Part shown: positions 50,998 to 61,200 of the stretch, in pieces
How the letters are laid out: every line of letters begins with the position of its first letter
How positions within the stretch are numbered: position 1 is the first letter of the stretch
DNA from: Bacteroidota bacterium
GTDB taxonomy: Bacteria; Bacteroidota; Bacteroidia; NS11-12g; UBA955
Length of the DNA: 64,000 bases
Reading direction: 5' to 3'
NCBI GenBank assembly: GCA_030834125.1
Contig: JAURFW010000001.1
Span: 160,200 to 224,199, forward strand
Notes under the pieces: generated by a model
Database searches by the model: none
What the model was told of the DNA's origin: nothing
The model's input: the letters and a program-made list of their open reading frames with translations, nothing else
Program-made: the position numbers and the translations under genes

Positions 50998-51942
50998 ATG
51001 CACACTATCCCAAAATTAGACCTATCTGATTTCACTTCTGGAGACGCCCTTAAAAAAGCAGAATTTGTTAAAAATCTTGGCGATGCTTATGAGCAAATTG
51101 GCTTCGTAGCTATTCGAAACCATGGAATTCCTGCAGACACGTTAAAGCAATTATATTCAGATGTTGAAGGATTCTTCCACTTAAATGAATCAGTAAAGTT
51201 AAAATACGATGATAGTGAAGGTGGAGGCCAAAGAGGTTATACTGGATTTGGGAAAGAGCACGCTAAAGGTCGTAATACTGGAGATTTAAAAGAGTTTTGG
51301 CATTTTGGACAATACATAGATCAATCAGATCCTAATGCTCCACAATTTCCAGAAAATAAAATAGTTGAAGAATTACCTAGTTTTAATAGTAGTGGAAAAC
51401 AACTTTACAAGGCCCTTGAAAACACTGGAATTACAATGCTTCAAGCAATTGCATTGCACTTAGAATTAGATGAACATTATTTTGATTCTAGAGTATTTAA
51501 TGGAAATTCAATATTAAGAGCAATTCATTACCCCCCTATTACATCAGACCCTAAAGATGCTATTAGAGCTGGCGAACATGAAGATATTAATTTAATTACA
51601 CTCCTTGTGGGTGCGAGTGCAGACGGTTTGGAAGTCCTTAATAAACAAGGGGAATATGTTCCAGTTACAGAAGTTGAGAACCATATTGTTGTTAATGTTG
51701 GGGATATGCTACAGCGCTTAACAAATGATAGACTTAGGTCAACGACCCACAGGGTAGTTAATCCACCGAGAGATAAATGGTCAGAACCAAGATTCAGTAT
51801 TCCATTTTTCCTACATCCTCGTCCAGAAGTAAGTCTAGATTGTATAAATTCCTGTGTTTCGGCGGAACAACCAAAAAAATATAAAGATTGCACTGCAAAC
51901 GAATTTCTAATGCAGAGACTTTCTGAAATTGGTTTAATTTAG
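50998..51942 (+). CDS. Isopenicillin-N-synthase-family 2OG-Fe(II) oxygenase
   Basis: IGFVAIRNHGI, QRGY, HEDINLITLL (HxD), STTHRV and RFS (RxS). Confidence 0.92.
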   Translation: MHTIPKLDLSDFTSGDALKKAEFVKNLGDAYEQIGFVAIRNHGIPADTLKQLYSDVEGFFHLNESVKLKYDDSEGGGQRGYTGFGKEHAKGRNTGDLKEFWHFGQYIDQSDPNAPQFPENKIVEELPSFNSSGKQLYKALENTGITMLQAIALHLELDEHYFDSRVFNGNSILRAIHYPPITSDPKDAIRAGEHEDINLITLLVGASADGLEVLNKQGEYVPVTEVENHIVVNVGDMLQRLTNDRLRSTTHRVVNPPRDKWSEPRFSIPFFLHPRPEVSLDCINSCVSAEQPKKYKDCTANEFLMQRLSEIGLI

Positions 51943-52457
51943 ACAAATAAGTTTTTTAATTCTTGGGCATCTTCTGGCTTCATTTTTCCAGCAAGTATTA
52001 AACGAATTTGCCTTCTCCTTAATGCACCAGCAAATTTCTCGTTTTCCAAATCAGTTTGGGGTTCAATTGTCGGGACTTTCACCGGCCTATTTCGAGAATC
52101 TAGAGCAACAAATGTATAATACGCTTCGTTAGACTTTATTTTTTCACCCGTAGGAATATTCTGAGCATGAACTTCAATAAACACTTCCATACTTGTGTTG
52201 AATGAACGTGTTACATAAGCGGATAAAGTAACTACATCACCCAAACGAATTGTTTCTTTGAAAGAAACGCTATCTACTGAAGCTGTAACAACAATTCGAT
52301 TTGAATGTTTTTGAGCTGCAATTGCAGCACAAATATCCATCCAATGAAGTAACTTCCCTCCCATTAGATTATTTAGTGTATTCGTATCATTGGGTAGAAC
52401 TAGTTCATTCATTTCAGTGAATGAATGTTGTGGGTTTCTTGTATCACTTTGAGCCAT
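51939..52457 (-). CDS. Acyl-CoA thioesterase (hotdog fold, YciA-like)
   Basis: LPNDTN.LNNLMGG.LL.WMD, VVTASVD and TSMEV. Start moved to ATG 52457 because the longer ORF runs through the terminator. Confidence 0.92.
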   Translation of the reverse strand: MAQSDTRNPQHSFTEMNELVLPNDTNTLNNLMGGKLLHWMDICAAIAAQKHSNRIVVTASVDSVSFKETIRLGDVVTLSAYVTRSFNTSMEVFIEVHAQNIPTGEKIKSNEAYYTFVALDSRNRPVKVPTIEPQTDLENEKFAGALRRRQIRLILAGKMKPEDAQELKNLFV

Positions 52458-52461
52458 AGAT

Positions 52462-52493
52462 AAAAAAAAAGCCGTTGGAGATACCAACGGCTC
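52462..52493 (-). terminator. Intrinsic terminator after rpmA
   Basis: Minus strand reads AGCCGTTGG-TATCT-CCAACGGCT followed by a T run. Confidence 0.88.
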
Positions 52494-52511
52494 AAATTTA
52501 GTGAAATCGGT

Positions 52512-52775
52512 TTATGCTTCAGCTTTATTTTCTACAGAAACGAAACTTCTTCCGTTCTTTCCTTTTCTGAAGGCAACAATACCATCAGATAATGCAAACA
52601 ATGTATGATCTTTACCGATTCCTACATTTTCACTTGGATGGTGCATTGTACCACGCTGTCGAACAATGATGTTACCTGCTTTTACGGCTTGTCCACCATA
52701 AATTTTAACACCTAATCTTTTACTATGAGACTCACGGCCGTTTTTAGTACTACCAGCTCCTTTTTTATGTGCCAT
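52512..52775 (-). CDS. rpmA: 50S ribosomal protein L27
   Basis: [33 protein letters not shown] and GKDHTLFAL. Confidence 0.98.
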   Translation of the reverse strand: MAHKKGAGSTKNGRESHSKRLGVKIYGGQAVKAGNIIVRQRGTMHHPSENVGIGKDHTLFALSDGIVAFRKGKNGRSFVSVENKAEA

Positions 52776-52790
52776 GGTTTATTCTTTTAA

Positions 52791-53099
52791 TTATGCGGTT
52801 ATACTGTCGATAGTTAATAATGTATGGTAATGTCTGAAACCATTTTTCACTCTATAACCTTTTCTACGTTTCTTTTTGAAAATAATTAATTTATCTCCTT
52901 TTCCGTGCTCGGCTACGGTACAAGTTATTTTAGCTCCTTTAACTGTAGGATTACCAACTTTAACCTTGTCTCCGCCTACAAAAAGCACCTTTTCGAATTC
53001 AACTTTAGAGCCTTGTTCAGCATCTAAACGATTTACAATAAGTTTAGAGTTTTCTTGAACTCTGTATTGTCTTCCTGCTATTTCTACTATTGCGTACAT
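52791..53099 (-). CDS. rplU: 50S ribosomal protein L21
   Basis: MYAIVEIAGRQYRV and FKKKRRKGYR.KNGFR. A -7 box TATCTTTG lies upstream. Confidence 0.97.
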   Translation of the reverse strand: MYAIVEIAGRQYRVQENSKLIVNRLDAEQGSKVEFEKVLFVGGDKVKVGNPTVKGAKITCTVAEHGKGDKLIIFKKKRRKGYRVKNGFRHYHTLLTIDSITA

Positions 53100-53261
53100 G
53101 ACGTAAAATGGGTTGCAAAGATAACCATTAACTTAGTTTTTCCTATACTTGATTGAAAAAAAATCAAGTATTTTTCTTCTTACAAATCCTTGTATACGAA
53201 AATAGACATCGCCAATTAAGAGGAATAACTACTATTAGGTTTTTGAGATATTTGAAATGGA

Positions 53262-54971
53262 ATGAAAGCACCGATTTTGAGTACAGCCCTATTACTCGTT
53301 GGAGTAGTAGGAGCACAAGAGGAAAAACCTAAAGGTTTTGACAATAGTAGTAGGAACGTAGTCTCTGGAACAGACATTCGTTTATTACCTGCTTCGAAAA
53401 TACTTATTGAACCCCTTATCCCTCAAACCCAGACTCCCAAGATCAAAGTTCAATTCGAAACACCTCAAGTTTTGTGGAAAACCGAAAAAATGGTAACTAC
53501 TGTTGAACCGGAATTCATAAAAGAAAAATCTTCAGATAGCACATATTTAGCAAATTACTTGAGAGCTGGAGGAGGGAATAATGGTCATATTTTAGGTGAA
53601 TTGTTCTTATCTAATAGACCTAATAACTTGTGGGCATACAATTTTAGTGCTCTCCACTTTCAGGCAAACAACCCAATACAAAATCAAGCATTAAGCAATA
53701 CACGAATCCAAATGAATGGTGCTAGATATTTCAAATCCTCGAGTTTGAGTACGGAGCTATTTTACCATCGTGATTATCATACCTTTTACAATGCAGATAG
53801 TGCTATTACTGAATCTAGTAGCGAAATTTCTAGACTTAATATCGAAGGCAAAACAACACAAAATTATGGAGTAAATATCAATTACAAAATGCTATCAGGA
53901 GGCAGAAAACCTGATATTCAGTGGCTCAATACAGCTCAAATTTTTGAAACTAATATTAATCAAAAAGAACAAGAGTTAAATTCAACTCTTCGTTTTTTAA
54001 CAAAAGCAAGAAAATTCTCTATATACGGTGATCTGGCATTTGATTATATCGGTTTTAATCAAGGTCTAGATTCTGGAAAGATATTCCAATCATCACAAAT
54101 ATTTGTTGACTTCAAACCGAGGATACAATTCTTTCATAAAGCTACTAACTTAGATGTTAAGGCTGGATTCAACGTTACCTACAACAACAACACTAATGAT
54201 AGTAGTAATGGAGTATTCGTTAATCCATATGTATATGCAGAAAAAGGAATCAAAGGTTTAGAAATGACCGCCTATGGAGGAATAGATGGTGGACTTCAAA
54301 AGAATTCTATTCGAAGAATACACAACCAAATGCCTTTCTTCTCTGAAAACATGACTATTAGCAATGCTTTTGAACAGATAAACGGTTTTTTCGGATTGAA
54401 AGGGAAAATTTCATCTAAATCACTTTTTAATATTGACTTTGGAGGAAATGTCATTTCCAACCAATTGATGTTTGCAAGTGCCTTAGATACCAATATTCGA
54501 AAAATGGATAGCCTCAATCCAATAAGGATAACTTACAACGATATTTCAACAATGTATTTTAGAGTTGGTGCGGAATATATTATCGGAGAAAAACTAAAAG
54601 TTGGTGCAAAAATGAGATTAAATAACTTCTCTGCAGACAATGATGTTTGGCACCTACCGGCTTTAACTTACAATATTTATGCAACATCTACGCTGTTTGA
54701 ATCTATTATGATTGAATTGGGAATTAATGGAACCGGTAGGCGTTACAATCAAATACTTTCTTATTACGAAAGTTCAAATGAACCGTATCTGAAAAAAGTA
54801 TCTTTAGACGGTATAATGAATTTATACACAAGATTAGATTATAGATTTAATGGTAAAGGCAGAATTTGGGTTCAAGGGACTAACTTATTAAACAAAAATT
54901 ATCAAGATTTTTACGGATATACAACTTATGGTTTAAGCTTGATGGGTGGCATAAGCCTTGGTTTGTTCTAG
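53262..54971 (+). CDS. Outer-membrane beta-barrel protein (TonB-dependent-receptor-like)
   Basis: Signal peptide, amphipathic strands, NLLNKNY near the end and a C-terminal Phe. Confidence 0.7.
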   Translation: MKAPILSTALLLVGVVGAQEEKPKGFDNSSRNVVSGTDIRLLPASKILIEPLIPQTQTPKIKVQFETPQVLWKTEKMVTTVEPEFIKEKSSDSTYLANYLRAGGGNNGHILGELFLSNRPNNLWAYNFSALHFQANNPIQNQALSNTRIQMNGARYFKSSSLSTELFYHRDYHTFYNADSAITESSSEISRLNIEGKTTQNYGVNINYKMLSGGRKPDIQWLNTAQIFETNINQKEQELNSTLRFLTKARKFSIYGDLAFDYIGFNQGLDSGKIFQSSQIFVDFKPRIQFFHKATNLDVKAGFNVTYNNNTNDSSNGVFVNPYVYAEKGIKGLEMTAYGGIDGGLQKNSIRRIHNQMPFFSENMTISNAFEQINGFFGLKGKISSKSLFNIDFGGNVISNQLMFASALDTNIRKMDSLNPIRITYNDISTMYFRVGAEYIIGEKLKVGAKMRLNNFSADNDVWHLPALTYNIYATSTLFESIMIELGINGTGRRYNQILSYYESSNEPYLKKVSLDGIMNLYTRLDYRFNGKGRIWVQGTNLLNKNYQDFYGYTTYGLSLMGGISLGLF

Positions 54972-54994
54972 AGTATTTGTATCTTTGTTATTAA

Positions 54995-56098
54995 GTGAAA
55001 AATGCTTTTAAACATATTGTAAAGGAAGTTCTTGTCAGAGATCAGTTTGTGACCCTACCTGGACTAGGCTCTTTTATTGTAAAAGAGTTAAATTCAACAA
55101 TTAACCCAATAAACGGTATAATTAAACCTAGACATTCTAGTATTGTATTCAATAATAAAATTTCAGTGGATGATGGAATTTTAGCAAGTCATTACAAATC
55201 TTTATTTAATATTTCTTACAAACAGGCGCAAGACTCAATAAAGCGAGAAATTAGTTTACTAAAAAACCAATTATCGGATAAAAAGTATTTCGCATTCAAT
55301 CCTTTGGGAAATTTCTTTTTTAATGAAAATTCAGGTATTTTCTTTGTACCTAAAGCGGAAAACAATATCTCTGCTCAATCATTTGGTTTAAAACCTTTAA
55401 AATGGGTTCCCAAGTCCAATAATATAAATGAATCGAGTATTAAGTTAGATAAAACTTCAACCATAGAGATTGAAGACGCGAATATCGTTGAAATTGGAAA
55501 TGAAGAAATCAAATCTAAAGAAACAAAAAACAATTCGAATTTAATATGGAGAATTGCGGCCAATTTTGTATTGATATCGGTAACTTTTGCAACATTATAT
55601 ACGAGTTCTGTAACTTGGATTAGAATCAATGAAAAAAATAATGTTGAAGCATCTCATACCTTGTTATCAAAAGCAAATAGTGAAATTTCAAAAAAAGAAA
55701 TAAGTTTTAACTCAACCGTTACTAATGAACCTGAAGAGTCAAAAGATAATTTCTTATTCATCAACGGAAAGCTTATTTCACTAAGCAAGGACAAAAAAAA
55801 TAATTCTAAGCCTTTGCAAATTATGACAAATGATGAGTTTCGTGGTCAAATAAAATCACAAAAAGGTAATTACTTTATAGTTGGAGGTTCTTATTTAACG
55901 CAAAAAGCTGCAGAATTAGAATGCAAAAATTGGAATACATCAGGAATTAATGCCACCTACATTCGTGTGAAAGGAAGCAGTCTTAATAGAATAATTATAC
56001 AAAGATTTTCCGATGAAAAAGAAGCAAGCGATTTTCTCGTTAATCTAAAAGAAACTCCGAGAATAACGGTGGGAGTTCAAGAATTAATCCTACAATAA
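54995..56098 (+). CDS. HU-like (CCDC81-type) domain + TM + SPOR-like domain protein
   Basis: VTLPGLGSF, FNNK...DDGILA, LGNF, one TM, and C-terminal YFIVGGSY...A / F.DEKEA. Confidence 0.75.
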   Translation: MKNAFKHIVKEVLVRDQFVTLPGLGSFIVKELNSTINPINGIIKPRHSSIVFNNKISVDDGILASHYKSLFNISYKQAQDSIKREISLLKNQLSDKKYFAFNPLGNFFFNENSGIFFVPKAENNISAQSFGLKPLKWVPKSNNINESSIKLDKTSTIEIEDANIVEIGNEEIKSKETKNNSNLIWRIAANFVLISVTFATLYTSSVTWIRINEKNNVEASHTLLSKANSEISKKEISFNSTVTNEPEESKDNFLFINGKLISLSKDKKNNSKPLQIMTNDEFRGQIKSQKGNYFIVGGSYLTQKAAELECKNWNTSGINATYIRVKGSSLNRIIIQRFSDEKEASDFLVNLKETPRITVGVQELILQ

Positions 56099-56935
56099 AT
56101 GAGTAAATACGTAATTGAAGCATATTTATCTACAACACAAAAGCAAAAGATAATTGCTGGTGTGTTTAGTGCAATAATTTCAATTATATTAATTCTTTTA
56201 CTTGAATTACTTACGATATCCGTACCTAATCCACCTTTTCCAAAAGAAAAAGGTGAATTATTATTAGATTTCGGACTATCTGAGACCTCGTTTGGATCGC
56301 CTAATGATGGTGGCCCATCTCCTATTCCACCAGCAAAAGGAGGAGGTGATGGAACTACCGCATCAGCCCCTAATACCTCAAATATCACGACTGGTGGAGT
56401 TGGAGATATAGTAAATTCAACTGATGAAACTTCAGAGACTTCATTGCCACCATTAGACCCACCTATAACCACTACTCCAACTGCAAATTCCAGATTAACA
56501 AAATTAAACATAGGTAAACGATCAGGTAGTACAGGTCCTGGAAATCCAAATGGCATTGAAGGTGGACAAGGAAATGTTGGTTTTGGAGGTGGAACAAATA
56601 CTGGAGGAATTAGAGGAAACGGCGGAACTCGGATTACACAAAATACTGGAAATGGATTTTTCTCTGCTACAGGATTCGCAAATCATCAGATTGCTTCTGA
56701 TGTAAAAAAAGTTGATGCGAATGGTGTAGGTGAGATCTATGCGAGAGTTGAAGTACCATGCTCTGGAGGTCCAAGATTGATTAAAATCTTACCTAAAGGA
56801 AATTACACCGGTACAGATGCTAACGCAAAGGAGGTTATGAAATATTTCCTAAGCCGTTCTAAGTTTATTAAAGTAGAAAATGGTCAGTGTCCGGAAACGG
56901 GTACCATTAAACTTAATGTAAAAAAGACCCTTTAA
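56099..56935 (+). CDS. TonB/TolA-like energy transducer
   Basis: Single N-terminal TM, LLLDFG, a long Pro/Gly/Thr-rich linker and a C-terminal domain ending ETGTI. Confidence 0.6.
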   Translation: MSKYVIEAYLSTTQKQKIIAGVFSAIISIILILLLELLTISVPNPPFPKEKGELLLDFGLSETSFGSPNDGGPSPIPPAKGGGDGTTASAPNTSNITTGGVGDIVNSTDETSETSLPPLDPPITTTPTANSRLTKLNIGKRSGSTGPGNPNGIEGGQGNVGFGGGTNTGGIRGNGGTRITQNTGNGFFSATGFANHQIASDVKKVDANGVGEIYARVEVPCSGGPRLIKILPKGNYTGTDANAKEVMKYFLSRSKFIKVENGQCPETGTIKLNVKKTL

Positions 56936-56945
56936 TTTAAACCCC

Positions 56946-58190
56946 TTGGATTATAAAGAATGCGTTGATTTTTTGTTTCAACAACTTCCCATGTATCAAA
57001 ATATGGGCAAGATTGCTTTTAAAAAAGACTTAACAAATACGATCAAATTGCTAGAGTATTTGGACAATCCTCACCAAGGAAATACAAAATGGATTCATGT
57101 TGCTGGAACTAACGGTAAAGGAACTGTTTCATCCATCCTTTCATCAGTTTTAATTGAAGCTGGATATAAAGTTGGTCTTTATACATCACCACATCTAGTG
57201 GACTTTACCGAAAGAATAAGAATAAACGGCAAAAAAATTGATGAAGAAGCCGTAATAGACTTTGTTCTAAGAATTTCGCCTATTATTAAATCAATTAAGC
57301 CATCATTCTTTGAAATTACCGTGACAATGGCATTGGATTTTTTCAGCAGATCCAATATGGATTTTGGCGTTATTGAGGTGGGGTTAGGTGGACGCATAGA
57401 CAGCACAAATGTTATTAATCCAATGTTATCAGTAATTACATCTATTGGGATGGATCATATGGATATGCTTGGCAATAGTATTGAAGAGATTGCTTTTGAA
57501 AAAGCGGGAATAATAAAATCTAGAATTTCTTGTGTTATATCAAAAGATATTTCAGTTAATGCAAAAAATATTATTTATAAACGTGCAGATGAATTAAATT
57601 CAACAATAACTGAAAGCAAACGCGTTTCAGATGAATTATTAAACAAATTTCCACTTTCAGGTAATTATCAAAAGCAAAACCTTTCAACAGCTTTTCAGGC
57701 TATATCCGTAATAAATGATCTACAATACCCTATTTCGAATGAAAATATCAACTCTGGATTAAGGAATATTGTAAATAATACTGGATTAAGAGGCAGATGG
57801 GAAATTTACAAATCTTCACCATTGGTAATCTTAGATACCGGGCATAATATTGACGGCGTGAGTTCCAATATAAACCAATTAAGATCTCAATATCCAAATA
57901 AAATAATTCATGTCATTTGGGGAATGGTAAATGATAAGGATAGAAAATCAATCTTATCATTATTGCCAAAGGAATGGAAATATTATGTGGTGAAACCACA
58001 AGTACCAAGAGGGCTAGACTCTCAAGTATTGGCAACAGAAATGAACTCAAACAAATTAAATGTTCAAAAATTTCAAAATACCAATGATGCCTACAATTAT
58101 TTAATTGAATCAATTGATGAGAAAGATTTGATATTTATAGGTGGAAGTACATTTGTAGTTGCTGATTTTTTAAAATCTGAATTGGTATAA
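56946..58190 (+). CDS. folC: Folylpolyglutamate synthase / dihydrofolate synthase
   Basis: IHVAGTNGKGT, GLYTSPHL, EVGLGGRIDSTN, EKAGIIK, GRWE and LDTGHN. Confidence 0.97.
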   Translation: MDYKECVDFLFQQLPMYQNMGKIAFKKDLTNTIKLLEYLDNPHQGNTKWIHVAGTNGKGTVSSILSSVLIEAGYKVGLYTSPHLVDFTERIRINGKKIDEEAVIDFVLRISPIIKSIKPSFFEITVTMALDFFSRSNMDFGVIEVGLGGRIDSTNVINPMLSVITSIGMDHMDMLGNSIEEIAFEKAGIIKSRISCVISKDISVNAKNIIYKRADELNSTITESKRVSDELLNKFPLSGNYQKQNLSTAFQAISVINDLQYPISNENINSGLRNIVNNTGLRGRWEIYKSSPLVILDTGHNIDGVSSNINQLRSQYPNKIIHVIWGMVNDKDRKSILSLLPKEWKYYVVKPQVPRGLDSQVLATEMNSNKLNVQKFQNTNDAYNYLIESIDEKDLIFIGGSTFVVADFLKSELV

Positions 58191-58203
58191 ATGAAATTTA
58201 GTC

Positions 58204-58236
58204 AAAAGAAAAGGCGACCTAATTGGGTCGCCTTTC
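58204..58236. terminator. Bidirectional terminator between folC and the T9SS cargo gene
   Basis: AAAAGAAAAGGCGACCT-AATT-GGGTCGCCTTTC between convergent stops. Confidence 0.82.
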
Positions 58237-58257
58237 ATGTTTTCATATAAATTATTT

Positions 58258-61200
58258 CTAACGCAGCAGTGTGATAGTTCCATTGTACACATACTCTTTA
58301 TCTTCAAAAGAAGTAATAACTACGTGGTAAACATATACACCACTTTGACATGGTTCACCAGTTTTGTCGTTACCATCCCATCCTAAATTTGGATCTTCAG
58401 TTTCAAACAACTTCTCACCCCAGCGGTTGAATATTAACATTTGGAATGTTTTAAAGTTTGTAGCTACGGGATTGAAACGTTCGTTCTGCGTTGGACCTTG
58501 TTGATCTGGTGTAAATACATCTGGAATAAATACTATTATGTCCGGACCAATATGTACTTTTCTTGTAAATGTATCCTTACATCCGTTACTAGTTGTTACA
58601 TACAAAGTAATGTTGTATAAACCAGTATCTCTTGAATAAGCAAATCTTGGATTTTCCGACATCATGGTATCATTTGGATCTCCCGTTCCAAAATCCCAAA
58701 CATAACTAAGTGAAGGACTAAATGGTAATTGCTCAACTGAACTCTTGTTTATCATAGTAAACTTCGGTAAAGCAACTGTTGTGCTAAATGATGGATCCGT
58801 TTCGAAGTATGCTTTAGGATTTGGATATGCTTCTACGTTATCAACACCAGTGATTGTTGTAGCACAAGTTCCACCGTCCGGAGTGTTATTAGTAACAGTT
58901 ACATTTATGGTATACTTTCCTTGAGTCGGATATGTAATTCCTGTTGGATACTGAAGTTGTGAGGAATCACCATTTCCAAAAGTCCACAGGTAAGATAATT
59001 GTGATTGTGGTATACCTTTAGTTTCAATTACCTCCCAATTTGTACTTAACGGTACACAACCATTAAACGAACTTAATGGATCCAATTCAGGATATGGATG
59101 AATAATAATTTGAATCGAATCAGAAACTGGAGGACAAACATCATTAGTGATAGGCACAGTGGTTACTTTAAGAAAGGCTTGCCTATTCACAGCATCCCCT
59201 GTTCCGTGTGTATATACAATATTTTCAGAGGAATTATCATCAATGGATCCATCTGAACCATTAATAACCTGCCAATTCACATTGTTATTACTCCACTTAC
59301 TCTCGCTTTGTACAGGGAACGGACTATTTTCACACTGAGGGTAAGGATTCACAGTAGTAATATTGATCTCTGGTTGAGTCCTAACCTGTAAAACATAAAT
59401 CTCCGTATCCGCACAACCATTTCCATCTGTGTAAGCTAATTTAACGTTATATGGTCCTTCAATATTTGACGTAAGCGTTGTTGTTGGCGTGAATTTATTA
59501 CCTGTTACATATTGTCCTGTCCATGATGCTGTTCCACTTGAAGGACGAGTTTGAGTCATGTCAATTCTAGTATTTAAATCCAAGTCTGGACCACTACTAC
59601 AAAGAGTCAAAGGACTTAACAATACCGCATCTGGAGTATCGTTAACAAAAACGTAGAAACTATCGGTCTTCAAACAACCAGTACCATTATTAGAATATCT
59701 GATTAAGAATGTTCCAGGACCTTCTCCTGGAGGGAACATGTGACCATCTGTTAAGGTCATTCCCACTTTAGCATGCGTCCGACTAAAATTAACTTCAGGT
59801 ACTTCATACCAACCTCCATCTCCGTTAGTTGCAGCTTGACCATTCACAGTAACATACTGATTAAGATCAATAGTATCCCAATTGACACAAACCGGATCTG
59901 GAGACAATACTTTCACATTAGGCTCACCAATTACTACGTTGGAAACAGTATCACAAGAACGGCACTGAGTTAAGATATCTGTAACACATAATTCATAATG
60001 GTAACGTCCCATATAATAATCCTCAGTAGGGTCTCCAAATAAAAATTGCCAATCTGGTGTACCCCAAGGGTTCAAATTCTGAACCACTGAGGCGCTATCT
60101 ACACCCGCAGGAACCTCGCGTGCCACCCAATCCATTGTAATACCTGTTTTAGTAGCTGGCCGTTTTACGTTATTATCCATTGATACCTGACCTAAGTCTT
60201 GACAATATATTTTAGGTACTAATTCGATAATTGGATTTCCGTTTATAATTTGAATTGTCGAGTCCTTGTTAATGCATCCATTACCATCTTGATACCAACC
60301 GTAAATTTTCTCTCTAAAGTTTTTACCGTTCTGAAGCAATGAATTATCTAAAGTACTCGTCAAAAACAAGTGTCTTGTTTCTGTTTGACTATCAACATAA
60401 TTATCTGGATTATATAGACTACCACCCCAGATTCGAACACCAGCAGTTTCGCCAACATTCAAGAAACTATTTAATAGGATATCTCCATAATCATAACATT
60501 GAGAAGGTAATGGATTCTTAGACCATTTTACAATTGGTAGAGTATGTACAAGAATCTCCATGGTATCCTTGTGCTCACAAGTATGTCCACCCTCAGTTAC
60601 CTTAGTATATAGTTCGTACTTAAAAGTTTGATCCGAACCACCATTAGCATTAGTATTCCTTGGAGACACATCATAAACCATGTCTGTACCCAATACTTGA
60701 CCTTGAGTTAAATTAGTCCATACATAGCTTCCTGTAGTCGCAATTGGTCTATGATCCGCAACTAATTTGATTACATCTTCATTACAGATAACCAAGTCGG
60801 GCCCGGCAATTGATACAACGGTATCATTTACATCCAAACGAACAGTATCGAATTGTACACAGCCCCAATCCCTTTCAGTTACTTTTACCCAATAATTATC
60901 TTCTTCATTGAAATAAACTATTTGCGTAGTATCACCCGTACTCCAAACATAATCCACTGTATCATTATTTTGAGCATCAAACATTTGAGACTCATACGTG
61001 CAGATTCTCTTATCTGGACCTAAGTCTACAATAGGCAAAGGTTTAAGGAAAATAATTGCTGTATCATAGAAAATACAACCGTCTTCATCAGTCACTTGTA
61101 TTTCAATTGCACTGTCAGAAGTAATGTTTTTAACTAATAGAGTGTTATTTGTATCACCATCAATATGAAGTAGATTTTTGAGGGTATATTCACCAGCTGA

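Noticed and set aside
50998..51942. IPNS-like oxygenase as a sign of a beta-lactam or secondary-metabolite cluster
   Set aside because: It stands alone with no NRPS or tailoring genes nearby, and the family is broadly distributed.
56077..56556. 159-aa minus-strand ORF
   Set aside because: Antisense to the Pro/Gly-rich TonB-like linker, which is naturally poor in stop codons.
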